Of a stretch of DNA of 29,647 nt, positions 26,501-29,647 are shown in pieces. The notes beneath the pieces are model-generated. The model ran no database searches. It was not told the origin of the DNA and worked only from the letters and a program-made list of their open reading frames with translations. Origin of the DNA: a virus (Duplodnaviria; Caudoviricetes); the IMG/VR virus record IMGVR_UViG_3300045000_000007, positions 1-29,647 of that record; one strand, given 5' to 3'. Position 1 is the stretch's first letter. Each line of letters begins with the position of its first letter. Position numbers and translations under genes: made by a program.

Positions 26501-26550
26501 GACTCCTGTCTGCTATAGGAGTCGCAAGCGTACCGTGCTACTGCATCTGG

Positions 26551-26901
26551 TCAGGGATTGACTGTCTGCCACTCGGTCGGTGGCACTACCCGCGTGATCT
26601 CAAGTGGCTCTAGCCCATCGATTCGATACTTGGCCACCTGATACTCAACGGGTAGGCCAAGCTCTGCGCTCACGTCTTGCGCCTGTTCGTATGCAGATTC
26701 GAGACTGCCGGCTTCAAAGGCGCATCCGATGTCACCGCATCGGATAAGGGCCACGACAACCTCTTCACCTTCGATCGCCCCCCTGATGAAATCCGGAGGG
26801 GGCTCGTATAGCTCTGTTGTGATCCAGTCGCCGTCTTGCTTGATGGACCGGTCGCTAATTTCCAGAGGGATGAGGTCGCTTGCTTGAAGGGTTCGTGGCA
26901 T
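26551..26901 (-). CDS. Acidic hypothetical protein, 116 aa
   Basis: ATG 26901 lies 7 nt after TATCCT; begins just downstream of the integrase stop. Confidence 0.6.
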   Translation of the reverse strand: MPRTLQASDLIPLEISDRSIKQDGDWITTELYEPPPDFIRGAIEGEEVVVALIRCGDIGCAFEAGSLESAYEQAQDVSAELGLPVEYQVAKYRIDGLEPLEITRVVPPTEWQTVNP

Positions 26902-26923
26902 GCGGATTAGGATACGCGGAGAG

Positions 26924-28375
26924 TCAAGTGCGCCAGACAATCCCGATATCGTTCGGGTTGAAAATGCCACCTGGCTTAGAGCGGTTGACAGTCACGTCGA
27001 CCAGGAGACTCACGACGGTTCGCTTCCGCTCGTCGCTCAGCTTCGCCCACACGTTCTTGGGTTCATCGGCTTCCACCAGCTCTCCGATGACCCTATCCCT
27101 AGCAGGCGAAACAGACTTGGTCCGCAGCTCTTCGAGCCTTGGTCGAAGCGAACTGTTGATTGTCGTGAGCTGAGCCATGGTGATGTTGCCCGCAGCGAAA
27201 GCCCCCGCGGCGTCTTGTAAACGCTCTTCGATCTCCTGAATCTGCGCGCGGACCGTCCTTGCCATCTTCGTTCGGCGCCTCGACTCCACCATCAGGTCTC
27301 GAACGTCCATCTTCTCAAGTCTCGCGATGACGAGCTTCGAGACGAAGCGGTCAAGCAACTCCTGGTCTCGGACGACGTGACCTTCTTTGCAGCGGTAAAC
27401 GGTCTTGGCTACTCCCTTGTACATCTTGCCCTTCGCTACCACGATCCGGCCACCACATACACCGCACTTGGCGTGGATCGAAAGCAGATGCACCTTCCCG
27501 CTCTTGCCAGGGTTGGTCACTCGGGAGGGGTTGAGCAGCATCGCTTGAAGCTGACGGAAGTCATCAACGTCTACGATCGCATCCCACAGACCCGGACCGA
27601 CTTCTTCCTTGGTTCCGTCTGCTGAGGTATAGGTTCGGATTCCAGCGTTCCGTTCCCTGAGCAGCGTCGAGCGCACCGTGACTGCCCGCCATTGCCTACC
27701 AGTGGCGGTCAGGACTCCACGTTCGTTCAGCTCTCGTGCAATCCCCTTCATCGAATTGCCTGCAAGAGCCTGCTTCGTGGCCCATCTGATGATCTCGGCT
27801 TCCGCAGGGTCTTCCTTGACGATCGCCCTACCCGATTCGTCTATCTCAACTTCGCGACCCCAGCCATACGGACGGCTCCCGCCATGGTGCTTCCCGGATG
27901 CAGCGTTCTCTTGGAGCTTCCGCTTGATCCGTTCTGATTTGTGACTGCTCTCGTGTTCTGCCACGGCTCCCGCAATCTGTGCCTGCATCCGACCGCTTGG
28001 TGTCGTGAGGTCGTAGATCCCTGACTTCACGGTCTGGACGGTGACCCCGTGATCGTTCACCAAGTCGATGAATGGGACCAGTTCTCGAAGTTGCCTATGA
28101 AGACGGTCAGGGTGCCAGGCAACCACAACGTCAATCTTCCCAGCCGCAAGATCAGCGAGCATCTTCCCGTAGGCGGGGCGCGGCTTCCTGCGCTGGTACG
28201 CGCTCCGGTCGTTGTCGCAGTACACCTCCACGACAACCCATCCCTGGTACTCGCACAGGGCACGACAGTCGGCTTCCTGCCGACCAACCCCCAGGCCAGC
28301 ACCCGTCTGGTCCTCGGAGATGCGCACGTAGACAGCCGCTCGTTGCGGCCCAGTCGATCTTGTTGCGGTCCCCAT
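26924..28375 (-). CDS. int: Large serine integrase, phiRv1 (Rv1586c)-like
   Basis: RAAVYVRISED catalytic Ser, DND.SA, RPAY, WHPDRLHR, recombinase domain (PYGW, IARELNERG), Zn ribbon CGVCGG...YRC and coiled coil; ATG 28375 is 6 nt after TACGCT. Confidence 0.95.
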   Translation of the reverse strand: MGTATRSTGPQRAAVYVRISEDQTGAGLGVGRQEADCRALCEYQGWVVVEVYCDNDRSAYQRRKPRPAYGKMLADLAAGKIDVVVAWHPDRLHRQLRELVPFIDLVNDHGVTVQTVKSGIYDLTTPSGRMQAQIAGAVAEHESSHKSERIKRKLQENAASGKHHGGSRPYGWGREVEIDESGRAIVKEDPAEAEIIRWATKQALAGNSMKGIARELNERGVLTATGRQWRAVTVRSTLLRERNAGIRTYTSADGTKEEVGPGLWDAIVDVDDFRQLQAMLLNPSRVTNPGKSGKVHLLSIHAKCGVCGGRIVVAKGKMYKGVAKTVYRCKEGHVVRDQELLDRFVSKLVIARLEKMDVRDLMVESRRRTKMARTVRAQIQEIEERLQDAAGAFAAGNITMAQLTTINSSLRPRLEELRTKSVSPARDRVIGELVEADEPKNVWAKLSDERKRTVVSLLVDVTVNRSKPGGIFNPNDIGIVWRT

Positions 28376-28390
28376 GTGTCGAGCGTACAC

Positions 28391-28499
28391 TCAGGTGGGT
28401 GAGCATGGCAACGACGCAGGATAGCCCTTGCTCATGTTCCACAAGCCGACTCGTTGACCTTGACTCGATTTCCGATACGCCAATCCGGCGATAGGCGAA
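28391..28499. other. Candidate attachment-site region
   Basis: Non-coding gap 5' of the integrase with imperfect inverted repeat TGAGCA (28400-28405) / TGCTCA (28429-28434); assignment rests on position. Confidence 0.3.
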
Positions 28500-28748
28500 A
28501 TGCATACGAGGTCCGAGGAGGACTCCGAAGTTATGAGGTTCTGGCCCAAGCCGCGAGTGTCGATAGACGACGCCATCGCCGATGCCCTCAAGGCACTGAA
28601 TACCGAGGTAACACAGCTCAGTCCACGACTCAACAACATAGGCGAGCAGCTTACCGAAATGAGTGACAAGTTGTCCGGCCTCGAAAAGCGGATGGACCAC
28701 GTACAGCGCATGTTTGGACTCAATGGTGAAGACACTCACGTTCACTGA
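28500..28748 (+). CDS. Coiled-coil hypothetical protein (start may be 28533)
   Basis: Heptad pattern LNNIGEQLTEMSDKLSGLEKRMDHV. Confidence 0.6.
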   Translation: MHTRSEEDSEVMRFWPKPRVSIDDAIADALKALNTEVTQLSPRLNNIGEQLTEMSDKLSGLEKRMDHVQRMFGLNGEDTHVH

Positions 28749-29196
28749 CGGGTCGAAGGTCTACTACGACTCCGAGGACCACGCCCTCCTGAGCGGATTT
28801 GACTGGCAAATCATCAAATACGATGGCCGGGACTCTGTGGTTGCCCGACGACGCTCCTTCCAAATTTTCATGCATCGGCTCATCTGTGGTGCAACTGAGA
28901 CCGAGCAAATCTTGCACCGCAATGGTAACAAGCTTGACAACCGCAAGCACAATCTCATGGTCAACAATAAGCGAAGCTACGGCTATCCGGGAAGCTCCAA
29001 GTATCGTGGTATCAGTTGGGACGTCGACAAGAAACTGTGGCGCGTGATGGTGTACATTCCTGATGGGAATCCGCGTCGTGTCACCTTCGGCCGATACGCA
29101 GATGAGGTTCACGCCGCGCAGGTTTATGACTTTCACGCTAAGCGATTGCTTGGAGAGTTCGCCCGGCTGAACTTTGAAGGTACGGACGCCCTGTAG
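28723..29196 (+). CDS. HNH endonuclease with C-terminal AP2 domain
   Basis: MHRLI...HRNGNKLDNRKHNL, SSKYRGISW, GRYADEVHAAQVYD and GEFARLNF. Confidence 0.88.
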   Translation: MVKTLTFTDGSKVYYDSEDHALLSGFDWQIIKYDGRDSVVARRRSFQIFMHRLICGATETEQILHRNGNKLDNRKHNLMVNNKRSYGYPGSSKYRGISWDVDKKLWRVMVYIPDGNPRRVTFGRYADEVHAAQVYDFHAKRLLGEFARLNFEGTDAL

Positions 29197-29257
29197 TGCC
29201 CTACACACATCTCCCCAAGAGAAGGGATCTCGCCCAACACGCCAAGGAGCTGTAGCT

Positions 29258-29503
29258 ATGAACCTAACCACTAACTGCGAATACATCATGGATCTCAGAG
29301 ACTTCGACTGGTCGGCCCAACGCACATGGACATTCGATGAAGGCCAGCAGTGGTACTGCAAGCACAACGTCGAAACTCTGCGGTCTAGCGCATACCTGTA
29401 TGGCAAGGTCAGTGGTTTCCGGGTTTACAGCTACTTCAAGAAGAACGGCAGCAAACGCAGACTGACGATCTGCTTCTACGGCAAGCGGAAGGAAGACAAG
29501 TAA
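29258..29503 (+). CDS. Hypothetical protein, 81 aa
   Basis: AAGGAG SD 8 nt before ATG 29258. Confidence 0.65.
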   Translation: MNLTTNCEYIMDLRDFDWSAQRTWTFDEGQQWYCKHNVETLRSSAYLYGKVSGFRVYSYFKKNGSKRRLTICFYGKRKEDK

Positions 29504-29647
29504 ATGGCAACTTCGACGTCAATGGTTCAAACCTTCGAGGGATCAACCCTTGCTGAGCTTCAACAGTTCCTCGATGCGTGTGAGAGAGCGGGCATTTCTA
29601 GCGACACAAAGGTTCTGGCCCGCGTGAAGGCTCGATTCAACTCTGAT
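29504..29647 (+). CDS. Hypothetical protein, open at the window edge
   Basis: ATG directly after the previous TAA; MATSTSMVQTFEGSTLAELQQFLDACERAGISSDTKVLARVKARFNSD with no stop. Confidence 0.65.
   Translation, partial: MATSTSMVQTFEGSTLAELQQFLDACERAGISSDTKVLARVKARFNSD

Larger units (their letters stand above)
1..29647. mobile_element. Temperate actinobacterial siphovirus-like element with AICE-like integration/replication/transfer genes; possibly a complete circular genome
   Basis: Ordered integrase, Prim-Pol, FtsK, terminase, portal, scaffold, capsid, neck and tail genes; phage-like small ORFs on both flanks; no host genes seen. Confidence 0.9.

Noticed and set aside
1-29647. CRISPR array, tRNA, rRNA
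   Set aside because: No regularly spaced repeats or cloverleaf/rRNA signatures seen by eye.

Overview
The whole window is one actinobacterial temperate, siphovirus-like element of roughly 60% GC by eye, with no recognisable host housekeeping genes. On the minus strand, read right to left, it encodes a phiRv1-type large serine integrase, accessory membrane genes, an XRE-HTH protein whose C-terminus resembles the phiRv1 recombination directionality factor (RDF), a Prim-Pol/DUF3987-like replicase, and a repeat-rich origin-like spacer. These are followed by small Cys-rich ORFs, an AICE/TraB-type FtsK-SpoIIIE translocase, TerS, TerL, portal, scaffold, HK97-type capsid, neck genes, major tail, G/GT chaperones with a -1 frameshift, tape measure, Dit, hub and two fibre-plus-tip cassettes. 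A short plus-strand operon (HNH-AP2 and small ORFs) runs off the right end and may rejoin base 1, so the window could be a complete ~29.6 kb circle. The main surprise is a full head-and-tail gene set with no recognisable endolysin or holin, but with a conjugative-type DNA translocase directly in front of the packaging genes. Other notable points are a CC-GUGAU-GG hairpin motif found six times and only in the head/packaging module, a divergent repressor cassette inserted between scaffold and capsid, and several small ORFs missed by the ORF track. All family assignments come from motif recognition by eye, not database searches.
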